From positions 6,415,784-6,479,783 of the forward strand of contig JAUPSS010000004.1 of NCBI GenBank assembly GCA_040285825.1: a stretch of DNA of 64,000 nucleotides, read 5' to 3'. The notes beneath the pieces are model-generated. The model was not told the DNA's origin, searched no databases, and was given only the letters and a program-made list of their open reading frames with translations. The position numbers and the translations under genes were made by a program. Position 1 is the stretch's first letter, and every line of letters starts with the position of its first letter. Positions 12,270 through 23,722 of this stretch are shown one piece after another. This DNA is from Eukaryota sp. TZLM1-RC (Eukaryota; Protista; Metamonada: BaSk clade).

Positions 12270-13870
12270 TGTTGGCGCCTATAGGCTTAAACAGAATAAG
12301 GGCAAAATAAATCAACTTTATGTCATGCACTTTATGTCAATCATCTTTATCTCAACCACTTTTGCAACCTAAGGCAACAATAATTATTGGCCGTATTAGG
12401 TTATAGGTATACCGTTTACACAACTCACAGCTATCAAACAGAGGATATCTTCAGCAGATATCATGTCAGTCTCTCCTTGCCAGGACACTGACTCCAGCCA
12501 AATTTTTTACATTGGACAGATGCAACAGTACGACAGAGATGCTTTGAGCATACATACAACATCAGTAGGGACTGAAGAGTCAAATGAAGAAGAGGACTCG
12601 GGCTCGAGACCACCCTCCGCCCCTCCTCATGAGAAAGATATGGAACCAGGTGCGGAACCACCTCCCACCTCTTCCAAATCAAAAACAACGGAACCAGGCA
12701 CGGAACCACCTCCTGCCTCTTCCATGTCCAACAAACCAGATAAGGTTTCAGGAACGGGACCACCCCCCTCCTCACCTAAAGAAAATGTTGGGTTAAGCTC
12801 AGATACTTCGTCTGCTCTAAAGAACTACGAAGAACTTCAGTCCGTCTTAGAAGAAATGGACGACGAAGAGAAAGAGCTTCGCCAACAGATAATGAAGGAC
12901 GCGGAAGCCCACCTTGAACCTACAGATTACTGTTTGTTTGAGCAGCTTCCTCCTTTATGGAAGCAAATCCAAAAGAGAGGTAGAAACGTTGGATTTCAAA
13001 CACTGGAAATGAGGCTACGGGTATAGACCCCTCCTCCATCAAAACGACAACAAAAAAACCGGGTTACGAGGGTTCTAGTGTGGAATCCTCCTCCCCCATT
13101 CAATGTACGAGGTTACGATTACAAACTCCACCTCCAACAATAATGAATTACAAGGGCAGATATACGGAAGTTGCTCCCTCCCCCCTTCCTTTTTAAAAAA
13201 AAAGTCAAGGTTAAGTAATGGGATACAGGTACAGTCATCGAGCTCACCTCTTCCAGCGAATGGGAACGACGATGTATTTTAACCCTCCCATTTTAACAAT
13301 TTTTGTAGACAGGCAGTACTTTAACAACAAATGATACCTCTTTCAGATTTTTGAACTTTGTTACTTTGTTTACTGTTGTTTTCAGTCCATCATAGACCCT
13401 GCATATTTATAAGCGAATCCATTATTCGATTCCATAATAACTTTACTAAACGACACTACCACGTTACTCGTCTACGAAAAAAGGAAAAAGCAGAACGTCA
13501 TTATGTAACGACTAAAGCTAATACAACAAAGTATTCAAACACATGGATCTTGGAACCAGTTCTTTTACGTTATTGCTCACTCCTTTATTCTACATTATTG
13601 TTAAAGGGATATAATACATCAACTATGGTGTTTTTGTGAATCCAGTGCGAAAATAATAGTAGACATCAGGAAACATTAGAATTTAGTTATTAGTATTTTG
13701 TATATTTATAGTTTAGTTATTAGTTTAAAGTTAATTAATTTTGAAAAAGGGAAGAAGTAGTGTTGGCGCCTATAGGCTTAAACAGAATAAGGGCAAAATA
13801 AATCAACTTTATGTCATGCACTTTATGTCAATCATCTTTATCTCAACCACTTTTGCAACCTAAGGCAACA
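12270..13870 (+). mobile_element. Non-autonomous LTR retroelement (TRIM/mini-LTR-like), 1601 bp
   Basis: Identical 110-bp direct repeats at 12270-12379 and 13761-13870, bounded by TGTTG...CAACA. 4-bp TSD AATA (12266-12269 and 13871-13874). Polypurine tract at 13743-13760 directly before the 3' LTR. Confidence 0.93.
12463..13026 (+). CDS. Pro/Ser/Glu-rich cargo ORF inside the mini-LTR element
   Basis: 187-aa ATG ORF with repeated EPG(A/T)EPPP-like units and an acidic helical C-terminus. No gag, RT or IN motifs. Confidence 0.55.
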   Translation: MSVSPCQDTDSSQIFYIGQMQQYDRDALSIHTTSVGTEESNEEEDSGSRPPSAPPHEKDMEPGAEPPPTSSKSKTTEPGTEPPPASSMSNKPDKVSGTGPPPSSPKENVGLSSDTSSALKNYEELQSVLEEMDDEEKELRQQIMKDAEAHLEPTDYCLFEQLPPLWKQIQKRGRNVGFQTLEMRLRV

Positions 13871-14822
13871 AATAGTAATTTGATGTTGATGAAAAATAAA
13901 ATTTTGAATATTTTTCCCTTTTAGAACTACTGGGAAGTAAAAGAGGGATCCGGTCATTAATGAAAAGCGAAGTAATTGATGAGACTTTGTCTCTCATTGC
14001 AGAAGTTTCGCCATCAATATCTCTACATCCTTCTAGAAGGAGAGATTTAACTTTGCTGTTGAATGATGAAAAGTTTTTCTTATCTTGCTATTTCAGAACA
14101 TTGTTGTTTCTCTTAACATCAAAGAAAACATCAACAAACCGATCCACGTAATTGAACTAGTGCTCTTGGATGTTATTTTTATAATTCACAATCAGTTTGT
14201 CAATTGTGTAATACAAAATATTACTGATTCCTTTCTTTGATAAAACTTTTGGAACAAGTTTTTGTTAAAGTGTTGGTGATAGAATTCCAACAGTGGCACA
14301 CAACAAGAATTTTCTAAAGCTGTTTTTGTCTCTGCGTTTCGGGAACTTTCCTCCTCACTTTTAGACGTGACCACAAGAAAAGCGTCACAAAAAAATTGCC
14401 TATCAATTTTTGGTAAAATTTCATCAGGGTTTAAGTCAAGAAGATGCAAATAATGACCACAAATGAATTCTAAACCAACAATAGAAATTTCCATTTTCAG
14501 ATCTCTGATGACATTTTTAAGACTGTCCTTATAATTATCATAAGGTTTATTTCTAACAGTTTCCATGAATTGGTCATTGTTAAAGAAATTGAATAATTTC
14601 ATGGTTAAATCTGTATTCCTCAAACATAAAAACTGCAACTGCAATTCTTGTTTGGGATAATGAAAAATCTGAGAAGGGATCATCTTCTTGAACCTTCCAA
14701 TACTTTGCAATATACTGAGGATCAACGTCAATTTTACTTTCCCCTAATAAAATTTTAGAAACTGTGTTTAGTTTGCGTGATCGATAATAATTTTTGTGAA
14801 TACTACAAGTTACAACAACATA

Positions 14823-15330
14823 TCAACCAGCAATTGAGGTGTTCAAGTGTCTGTGATTCAATTCTATTAAATTTGAGTTATAGTATTGAACCCACTCACT
14901 AGCATTGATTTCACCCTTAAATAAGTTCTCATTTCCAGAACGTTTCATAATATGTGGAATGTCAAATTTGAGAATATTGAAACCACATATTGTATGAGGA
15001 TTATAAGTTTCTAATAATTTTTTAAATGAACTTAGCAATTCTTTTTCAGAGAAATGCTGATATAAAGTGATAATTTCATCATCAACTTTGCAATAATGTT
15101 CATTTCTGCTTGTTGATTTTTCTACAAGATCACAAAAACAAAGATTTAATTCAATCTGTTCTCGAGTAAAGATATGAGAAACTGAATTTGCAACAATCTT
15201 CCTTGTAGATTGACAGTAAACAATGGAATGTTCTCTTGCAGAAATGACAATTACTTCATTCTCATCACTGAGCTTTTTCCCAACACCAAAGTTTCAATAT
15301 CAAAATGTAAAATTCTGAGAGTAAATTGTG
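14823..15330 (-). pseudogene. Family-B DNA polymerase 3'-5' exonuclease domain fragment
   Basis: ExoI LRILHFDIET (about 15290-15320), then SEKELL and ExoII ICGFNILKFDIPHI, broken by frameshifts. Confidence 0.8.
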
Positions 15331-15744
15331 TTTTGACAATTGATGGTGTCACTAAAGGGTATTAATATTGAGTCAGCTGATTCTCATAGAACAGTGTTTT
15401 TACACGTTTCAAACGTGTGTTCAATACATCAGCTCGCCTTTTTCTGATGGTTTTTTATGCAAAGGAGCATTTCTTTGTCTCAACTGATTTTCGTTCATTG
15501 TCAACACAGCTATAAAAACAACTTTTGTCTTGATTGACAAAATGTTAAACATGAGCTGAATCAATTGAATTGAGCTAATTTGACAAAAAAAATTGATTTA
15601 ATATATTTAAATAAAAAATAAATTGATCATTCTTTTTGCAAACAATGTGGTGAGTACTCCACAATCATATTAATTAGATTGAAAAAATTCGGATAAATTA
15701 GGACTGATATTTTGAAATTATTCATTAATTTAATCTATTGAATT

Positions 15745-16910
15745 TTCTACGAAGAGTCAAATAAAAACAAAACAAACTAAAACACATAAGAAACTAAATT
15801 CTTCACGCCAACTCTTGATGAATCCTTATAAAGTTTGGACATCATAAAACTCAAGTACTTGGGAACACTTCTGTACAAAGCGAAAATGATACGATTTTTC
15901 CATAAATTCTCTGCAATTTTCTTACCACTTGAACGACATAAATTACCAAAATCATTGATGAAATTCAAGGCGGCTTGTCCAATGTTGCCAAAAATCGAAA
16001 AGGCAAAAGGAACAAACGAAAACTTCGAATAAAGGTTCTTATTTAAATCATTTAATATCTCAGTATATTTATCTCTCTTACGATCTTCAGCCTTGTTCAA
16101 ATGACCATTAGTACTAAGCAAAACATCATCGCGATAAACAAAAGCAAAGGGATCAACTGTAATGAAATCAACAACAACTTGAGAGGAATCCACAAAAGGA
16201 GCAATTAAATCACCTCGACGTGAATTAAAAAGATTATCATCACTATAATGCTTCAACAAAGGTTCTACTTTGCAACTAAAATTGTAACACTTGAACATCT
16301 CATATGTCACATCACGAACGGCATTATGAAGAACTGACCTATATTGGAGAAATTTCTTACAGCTCACAATATGACGGAAATTGGCAGTAGGTTTTTTGTT
16401 ACAAATACAATAAGAATTGTCCAAAAGAGCACTTGGATACATCCCTAATCTCAACCGCATGTTTTGTTTCCAAGCTTCATTTGTTAAGTGAAGACCAAAA
16501 GGCCTTGGTTGCTGAGATATTAAACTAGTACAGTGCTGAATGTCTGATAAAAAGGCAGCAAAGACGGGATTATTAATCTTAGTCACACTAAGTCGTTTAG
16601 AAAAATCCAGGTCTTCAAAACCAATAAGAACAGACTTCTGTAATTTCACTACAGCAAGATGAAGATTGGTGAAAGATCTCGAAGGCACAGCAGGCAAACT
16701 TGAAGGAAAACTCCTATTCCAAACATCAACAGGTAGTTCTTGCACCATTTTTTCAAGAGAAATTAATAAAGGATGTGATTCATTCAAAGGAATATGATCA
16801 AAACGAAGTTTCCATTCAAAAAGAAAATTTTTCATAGCACCACTAAAAGCACTTTTGCATAAATACTCTGCTTTTGAAAAACCAACTCCACCAAATTTAG
16901 GACTGATAGT
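15745..16910 (-). mobile_element. RLE non-LTR retrotransposon family B, 3' half (thumb, CCHC, endonuclease)
   Basis: PKFGGVG, CICNKK..FRHIVSC, LHNAVRD, RRGDL..VDF, AEDRKRDKY, FVPFAFSIFG. Near-identical 3' copy at 55.5 kb. Confidence 0.9.
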
Positions 16911-17285
16911 GATTCCATATTTTTTGATGTTGTTCTTCATCATGACGAAGACTATCAAAAAGAAAAGCTTTTACTGTTCTGGGTTTGATCCAGAATGCAA
17001 CAAGTACCCAATGTTGACCAACGGTAAATTGTTCGTCAACAGATGCAATCAAATTTGATTGATGAAATGCATCATTATTGGTAAGAAGAATCAATGTATT
17101 TTCTTCGTCGCCAGAATTGATCAATTGTGAGCAAAATTGCTCTTAAACAAATCCCCTAAAAACAATAGGGCTGATGCGATGGGCCAAACAAGTATTTTGT
17201 GATGTGACAGTGGAGTTGATGACTGATTGATAAAGTTGTGGATCAAATCAGTGATTTCTTCATCATCTCACCACCTGTCTTTAAC
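16900..17285 (-). pseudogene. Ulp1/SENP8-like (C48) cysteine protease fragment
   Basis: RW*DDEEI (WLxDxxI), then LLTNND...GQHWVLVAF...AFLFDSL (catalytic His and Asp motifs). The catalytic Cys region is absent. Confidence 0.65.
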
Positions 17286-17304
17286 ATCATCACTTTGTTG
17301 CCCT

Positions 17305-17640
17305 CCACAATCTACAATTCTGTCCTGCCAAGATTTTGTCAAAAATTCTTCCTGTACGTTGTTATACAATTTCAACAAAATCATCCAAGAAAGATAATGC
17401 AAGTGGTCCAAGCGTGACATGTAAGGAAAAAGCAAATGGACACAGGACATAATGAGTGTGAGATTCAGCATTCAAGGAAACCAACTTTGCTTTATATTTA
17501 TCAATTTTAGAATTTTCGGCAACAGACAGCGGATTCTTGTGTTTTGACTGAGCTAATGGTATAAAAGAATTATTACACACATCAGTTGATCTCACATCAG
17601 TAATGATGGTATACCCTCAAGTCGTTCAAGCATTAAACTG
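17305..17640 (-). mobile_element. RLE endonuclease fragment (family D)
   Basis: TDVRSTDVCN..PLSVAENSKIDKY..LCPFAFSL..GPLALSFLDDF. Homologous to 39060-39500. Confidence 0.75.
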
Positions 17641-17937
17641 AGATATTGTAAAACTGATTTTCAAAAACTTTTCTATATGATTGAAAGGATGGTTCCTGTA
17701 ACCTCCTTTTCCCAAAACAAAAGAAACTGGATGTGATTTTCTGAATAAAGAAAAGACACTAAACTAAAAAAATTTCCGAAACTTCCTTAGTTTTACATCG
17801 CTCCATCACCAGTAATTGTTCAAACCAAAGGCACCGCCATTTAGCGAAAGTTTGTACAATTTTGTATATATCAAATTGACCTGTCAGTAGATTGACAAAA
17901 AAATACAAAAACATTTTACTACTAAAAAAACATTTTA

Positions 17938-19983
17938 CTACTCAAGAACATTATATAACTCGTCTAATTTTGGATATTGGACCCAATGAGGGAAACAAGT
18001 TAACTCCAAGAGATAACCATTCTTTAGATAATAAACAGATTTAATGGCATTATTCGATTTAAATTTAAAAGGACAGAGTTCTGAATCAAAAGCAGCATAA
18101 TTGAGGCCAATAAACTGTAAGGAAGGGAAATTGACAGCATTAATATTGGAAAACACTTCAAAAGTGCAGTTCAACTCCTGCAAATTGGCCAAACCAAATA
18201 AACAAGAAAGAGATCCACAATTATTAACACTCAAAGACCTTAAACTTTGAGGTAAAAGAACTTTTCCCTCAACAACACTGTTAGAAATATCATTAATATT
18301 AATGACCAACTCCTTTAATGATTCGAGATAGCTTAAATTGGGGAGAGTACAGACACAATTAATTACCAATTTCAGCAGTGAAGTGGGTAATAAAGGGAAA
18401 ACTTTCAAAGGATAGTGAAGTTCAATGTAATTTAAATTGATAGCACCAGACCAATCTAATTCAGTTTCAACTTGTTCGTAATTAAATAAATCATTTCTAA
18501 ATATAGAAAGCTGAGTTAAATTAGGAAAATAACCCAAAATAAACTGATCATGTCCCAAATCATTAGTCCAAAGACAAAGCTCAGTGATTGTAGGGATAAA
18601 GACTATATCGCCACTGAAAGCCCTATTGAATTGCAATTCAAGTTTACTGAAATGAGGAGTTAATAGTAAATTAAAAGGGTCAGTTAAAACTTCATCAAAA
18701 GTGAATTTCTTGAGTAACTTCTTTGCAGTTGAAACAACTCGCTTACTAATGGCGCATTTAGCCAAAAATTGGGCATTTAAGAAAAGAAAATCATTCGTCT
18801 GCTTACCAAGTTTTTGCAAGTAAATCTCCAGTACTGATTGAATAAGGCTTAAACTCAAATTCACTGACTTTGACTTTTCTTTTCTGATCAAAGAAGCAAA
18901 ACTTATTGAAAGAGTTGGTGAATCTCGACCATCAAGATCACCTGTGCCTAATTGACCTTTATCGTTCCTGCCAAGTGAATAGACATAAGAACTACTAACA
19001 CCAAACAGACACTCTTCTCCGAAATAAATAGAATTAATGTCGTTAAATTTGTTGATAAATATTGGTTGTTTCATGTGCTCATAAAGGGGACTAATTACAG
19101 ACACATCGCCTAATAATAGTACATTATTTTCATTAGAAACAGCAGATAATAAGCCCTCGCCAGCTTTAATTAACTTTACACTGGTCAGACCTTCAATTTT
19201 GACAGGAACAGACACAGAATTACCATTAATTGGTAGTTCCCATACTTCAGAATTGTTATCAATAAAGAATAAAGAAGTACTATTCAACGAAAAACAACCA
19301 CTACTAAAGTTAAAATCCCTCAACAGATCGACGTTTAACTTGGAAACGGTATATTTTAAAGAATCTATATCAAAATAACCAAAATAAACTTCATTCTTAG
19401 AGGTAATTGCAACAAAATTATCTAAAAATGTCTCGACACTTTTAATATCCACTACTCCTTCAATTAAATTATACTCATTATGTTTTAAAAAGTAAATTAA
19501 TCTATTGTCGTTAGTTAAGGCCAGAGAGACACATTCGCCAGCAAAGATTGTCTTTAGTGAATAACAAACTTCTTGCTTGGTTAGGGATACTTCTTCGTCT
19601 TCAGAAGAACTAATTCTGTGGTTAATGTTGTTGCCCCAAGCGTATAGTGAACCTTCAGAGGTGAGGGCGAGAGAGTACTTGCTGCCGGCAGAGATAGAGA
19701 TCACATCAGAAAGTGGCAGCTTGGTGGGTGTTGGGATTTCGCAGGGACCGGAAAAAAACACCTGTGAGTGTTCATTATCACCCCATCCATACACTTTTCC
19801 GGTAGTTGTAAGGAGAAGAACATGGTCAGTAGATGAAAGAGAGTGAATAGGCGAGTCCAACTTGAAGGACAATGATGACGAATCAAGAACACCTTTGGAA
19901 AGCAATTGATCTTGATCGTGATAGGACTGATCTGTACATGGTGCTTTAAAGAGGGATGGCGAAGCGTTCACAAGTCGTTTCAT
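17938..19983 (-). CDS. RCC1-repeat protein with LRR-like C-terminus
   Basis: RCC1 repeats HVLLLTTTGKVYGWGDN, SAGSKYSLALTSEGSLYAWGNN and YSLGRNDKGQLGTGD. C-terminal LPTSL/LPQSL leucine-rich segments. Confidence 0.85.
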   Translation of the reverse strand: MKRLVNASPSLFKAPCTDQSYHDQDQLLSKGVLDSSSLSFKLDSPIHSLSSTDHVLLLTTTGKVYGWGDNEHSQVFFSGPCEIPTPTKLPLSDVISISAGSKYSLALTSEGSLYAWGNNINHRISSSEDEEVSLTKQEVCYSLKTIFAGECVSLALTNDNRLIYFLKHNEYNLIEGVVDIKSVETFLDNFVAITSKNEVYFGYFDIDSLKYTVSKLNVDLLRDFNFSSGCFSLNSTSLFFIDNNSEVWELPINGNSVSVPVKIEGLTSVKLIKAGEGLLSAVSNENNVLLLGDVSVISPLYEHMKQPIFINKFNDINSIYFGEECLFGVSSSYVYSLGRNDKGQLGTGDLDGRDSPTLSISFASLIRKEKSKSVNLSLSLIQSVLEIYLQKLGKQTNDFLFLNAQFLAKCAISKRVVSTAKKLLKKFTFDEVLTDPFNLLLTPHFSKLELQFNRAFSGDIVFIPTITELCLWTNDLGHDQFILGYFPNLTQLSIFRNDLFNYEQVETELDWSGAINLNYIELHYPLKVFPLLPTSLLKLVINCVCTLPNLSYLESLKELVININDISNSVVEGKVLLPQSLRSLSVNNCGSLSCLFGLANLQELNCTFEVFSNINAVNFPSLQFIGLNYAAFDSELCPFKFKSNNAIKSVYYLKNGYLLELTCFPHWVQYPKLDELYNVLE

Positions 19984-20059
19984 ATAATCAGGGAAGCTGG
20001 AGAACTGTTCAGTAATTGGAAATGTAATAAAATTATTAAATAAATTAATAAAAAATTAA

Positions 20060-20280
20060 ATATTTATTGAACTTGCACACTTAATTAATTTAACTCCTAA
20101 CTATTGGGACGACTATCATTGAACCAAGATTTCCTCTACAAAATCTTGATCTGCTTGCTGTCTAGCTTAAGCTTCTCGTATTCGATTGAAAAACTGAGGT
20201 AATCTATTAATAATGGCAAATTGAATTCGTGCACGCCATAAAAAAATATCAAATCTTTTCATTGTTTTTTCTTGAACCAT
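20060..20280 (-). mobile_element. 3' end of RLE family A
   Basis: The reverse complement matches ...DFVEEILVQ* plus the 3' UTR of the copies ending near 22455 and 60322. Confidence 0.85.
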
Positions 20281-20284
20281 TTAT

Positions 20285-21185
20285 AAAAAATTAAGAATCC
20301 CGCTTTTGCAAATCTTTTACAAGATATGTGTGATAGTACTTTTTCTGCCTTAGTAACAACAATTCCTCAAGTTTATGGTACTCTCCTAACTGATTCTGCT
20401 TGGACTCTGAATATGAGATTTCGTTCCTTTATCTGGCCTGATAAGTTACCTCATAATTTAATTTGTAAATGTTTTTGAACAATTACAGTTACTCATTTGT
20501 AAAATTGTAAACAGTTTATTACTTTTATAAGCAAGGTTCACGATACTGTTAGAGACCAATTGTATTGTATGTGTAAGTCTCATAGAATTGAATTCTTTTT
20601 GGAACCTCTGTTTTCAAATCTGTTTGATACTGAAGATGATTTTCATAAGAATAATAGAGGTGATGTTATATCACCTGGATTAGATGGAAGCTTCATTTTC
20701 TTGGATGTAATGTCTGCAGATCCTTGTAATGCCTCAAATGAAAGGATTGTTAATTCTGAAATTCATAAACCTCTTCCAAATGCTGAAAATTTGGAAATCG
20801 AAAAATGCAATGAACCTTTGTCCAAATTGTCCAGTCAACAGCATGCAAAATACAATTTGTATCCAATTGTATCTTCTCTATTTGGTTAACTTGCTCCAAC
20901 GGCTACGTGTTTTTTGGCAGATTTTGAAATGATTGTAAAGAGTAGAACTAACAGAAATTTCAACAGATTGTTTTGGCAAAATAGAATTGTGTTTTCTATT
21001 TTTAAGGGGATGTTAGAGATGGTTTCTGGTGCTTTGCTTTCTCTTGGATCTCACTATAAGAGAGTTGCATCTAGCTGTTTTGCTTTGGGAAAGGTGGATT
21101 ATTTAGATGTTGATTTATAAGTTTTTAATAAAAAAATATTAAAAAAATAAAAAATAAAAAATAAAAAAATAAAAAAAATAAGAAA
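20285..21185 (+). mobile_element. RLE non-LTR 3' fragment (family E) with A-rich tail
   Basis: VHDTVRDQLYCMCK..EPL..RGDV..FLDV..DP..FWQNRIVFSIFKG..LDVDL*, followed by an (AAAAAT)n tail at about 21127-21183. Confidence 0.85.
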
Positions 21186-21639
21186 TCGTAATCACATTTT
21201 GTTAAAAATAACGTTTTATTAATATTAACCAAGTGTTGAAATTAAAATAATGAAAAGTTAAATTATAAAAATAAGTTTTAATAATATAAAAGACAATTGT
21301 CTCATTAATAATCAACGTGAAATACTGAGCTAGCAACACTTCTAATTCACCACTGGTGTAGTTTCAATTATTCTACACCATCAGACAACCAGTTACGAAA
21401 TACACTGGCAAACAAAATTGCAGTACGCCTTAATACTGTAATAGAGTAAATATTTTCTTCAACAGTTTATGTTTAAATCTTCGCAATTCATTTTACTCTT
21501 TTCACTAAATTGTTCAAAAAAGATAACACATCTTTCTTCCTGACGTGATGCTGTTAGAGTTATTGATTGTAATATGTCAAGAACTGTAAGAATCTTATGT
21601 AGCAACAACATGATTGATCAAATTTTGGTTCAGTTAAGG

Positions 21640-22460
21640 TCAGATTCTTCACTTTTTGTAACCATTGTACCACGAAGATTTGGATTGTGTGCCACTAATG
21701 AAGCATTTGTAACAAAAATGAGATTATATTTGAACATCCCCATTAACCAATTATTATCAAAAGAAAAATGTATTTGTTCGAATTCACCTCAACTCACTTT
21801 GCGCCATGCTCTAAATTGCTCTAAATGGATAGCTTATCGTTCTTCATTACATGATGCTGTTAGAGACACTGTTTTCAATATGGCACAAACTGCAAGGATA
21901 TCGTGTATCAAAGAGCCCTTGCTGAAGGAAACACTTTCTCTGAATAATTTTGGTTCTGATGATAGAGGTGATGTATACTGTGATTGGATTGATAATTCTG
22001 AAGCTATTGTTGACTTTGTCTCATGTAATGTTGCAAATGATACTTTGGTTCACAGAAGAAAACTTAATCCGGTGGCTGCTCTAGATTTCAAAGCAAAAGA
22101 GAAACATAGAAAATATGATAAAGATATCGAAGAGGCAAATGTCGATAGAAATACACAGCTGGTTTTTATTGCTTTCCCATTTTCGATAAATGGAAGATTA
22201 TCAGTTGAAGCAGAAACTTTTTTGGATGATTTCCAAAAATGGTTCAAAAAAATAATGAAAAGATTTGATATTTTTTTATGGCGTTCACGGATTCAATTTG
22301 CCATTATTAATATATTACCGCGGTTTTTCAATCGAATTAGAGAAGCTTTAGCTAGACAGCAAGCAAATCAAGATTTTGTAGAGGAAATCTTGGTTCAATG
22401 ATAGTCGTCCCATTAGTTATGATTTAATTTAATTAAGTGTGCAAATTCAATAAATAAAAT
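21640..22460 (+). mobile_element. RLE non-LTR family A, 5'-truncated copy
   Basis: CICSNSPQLTLRHALNC, LHDAVRD, DRGDVYCD..VDFV, KEKHRKY, followed by the shared 3' UTR. Confidence 0.9.
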
Positions 22461-22715
22461 TAATGTTAAAATTAAAACAAAATTTAATAAATCTCAAATT
22501 ACATAAATAGTTTAAACCACCTTAAATTCATGGTGGAAAATGTGCTTGGTTTAAATAGATTAAATTCAACTCAAAAAAATTATTTATGTATATACTCCAA
22601 AAACAAACCAGCAAGGTTTGCAGTCAAACCCATTGAACAAAAAACTGGGTTAAATACTGAAAAAATAGGAAAAAACTAATTAAATAAATCCAAATACACA
22701 ACAAATTAAAAAAAA

Positions 22716-23711
22716 CTAATTCAATCCATCAAAAAAGTTTTGTTCTTCCTCTCCTTTATCTTCTTCATAAAAATAAGACAAATCCCACAGTTTAACAGTA
22801 TTATCATGACTTGAACTGGCCAAAACATTACCATCAAAAGACTTTGAAAGCCTTTCCACCGGAAACTGTCCATGTTCACCAATGATTCCAAGAAGATTAT
22901 TAGGGTGAACGGAAACTACTCTGATGATACCATCATCAGAAGATGTAATCACGGTGTCGTCATCAACGGCAACCATCGACTCTACAGCTTCAGGATGTCC
23001 AACAAGCTGATCCGTGAAATCTCCAAAATAATTCCAATCAAATATAAGAATGCTGCCCCCCATCGTTCCAGCCAACAGTTTACTACCTCCCTTAATAACT
23101 GCCAAGGAGAGAATATCATCCTGCATGTCCTCTGAGATGGTGGTGAAAGTAGTGGAGGTTGCTCTCAAATCGTAATTGTAGAGAGAACCATCACCACAGC
23201 CAGCAAGGAGTGTGTAAGATGAAGGGTTCCAGAGAAATGAGGAAATGTAATCCCCACCATCATCATACACTTTCTGGCACTTGGGAGCTCTGGTATCCCA
23301 GATTTTGATTGTTCCAGATTCGTCACCAGTAGCTAAAAGGGTGCTGAGATCATTGTTTCCAAAAGAGTTAGCAGAATGGTTGAGATAGTGGAGAGCACTG
23401 ATTGGGGTGGAATGGGCATCTACACGCTTCCAAGAAATCTTGTTCTCAGCTAGGTTTATTCCTTTAACTGCCTTATCCTTTGATCCAGTGAATAAAGTAT
23501 TTCCATCAGGAGTGAAGGTTAAGGTACGTACGCTCTTTCTGTGTGGTTTCAGATTTGCTATAAGTTCTGGTGTAGAAGGTTCTGGACCATATCTATAGAT
23601 ACGGACAACACCACCATAAACACCCATCGCAAGGATGTGTTGGGAAGGATGACACTGGACATCAAAGATTGGTTCATTGGATACAATGGGAGTATATGAG
23701 GTCGAGGTCAT
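22716..23711 (-). CDS. WDR55: WD40-repeat protein WDR55/Jip5-like
   Basis: WD repeats (LATGDESGTIKIWD, LASSSHDNTVKLWD), GHPEAVESM, IIRVVSVHPN..GIIGEH..FPVE and the C-terminal NFFDGL typical of WDR55. ATG at 23711. Confidence 0.85.
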   Translation of the reverse strand: MTSTSYTPIVSNEPIFDVQCHPSQHILAMGVYGGVVRIYRYGPEPSTPELIANLKPHRKSVRTLTFTPDGNTLFTGSKDKAVKGINLAENKISWKRVDAHSTPISALHYLNHSANSFGNNDLSTLLATGDESGTIKIWDTRAPKCQKVYDDGGDYISSFLWNPSSYTLLAGCGDGSLYNYDLRATSTTFTTISEDMQDDILSLAVIKGGSKLLAGTMGGSILIFDWNYFGDFTDQLVGHPEAVESMVAVDDDTVITSSDDGIIRVVSVHPNNLLGIIGEHGQFPVERLSKSFDGNVLASSSHDNTVKLWDLSYFYEEDKGEEEQNFFDGLN

Positions 23712-23722
23712 TCTTACAGATA
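23709..23722 (-). promoter_or_regulatory. Conserved start-proximal motif TATCTGTAAGA-ATG (also at 6518-6531 and 34242-34255)
   Basis: The identical 14-mer lies at or next to the start of three unrelated genes. Confidence 0.6.

Larger units (their letters stand above)
11100..14731 (-). pseudogene. Fanzor1 (TnpB-like RNA-guided nuclease) remnant, interrupted by an LTR element and 3'-truncated
   Basis: In order: KDSLKNVI..LPKIDRQFF..LLEFY; NNIQEH*FNYVDRFV; SNYY|LRAIFYIN..LFHALPL..IPSYIRID; SIETDG; RuvC-I ADPGKSDL; YTQNQRR; IFRKLR..INR; FGDWKQRKHMKFKEPTKGKGLR. The sequence stops before the RuvC-II Glu. Confidence 0.85.

Noticed and set aside
21127-21183. (AAAAAT)n microsatellite
   Set aside because: Best explained as the A-rich tail of the preceding non-LTR copy.
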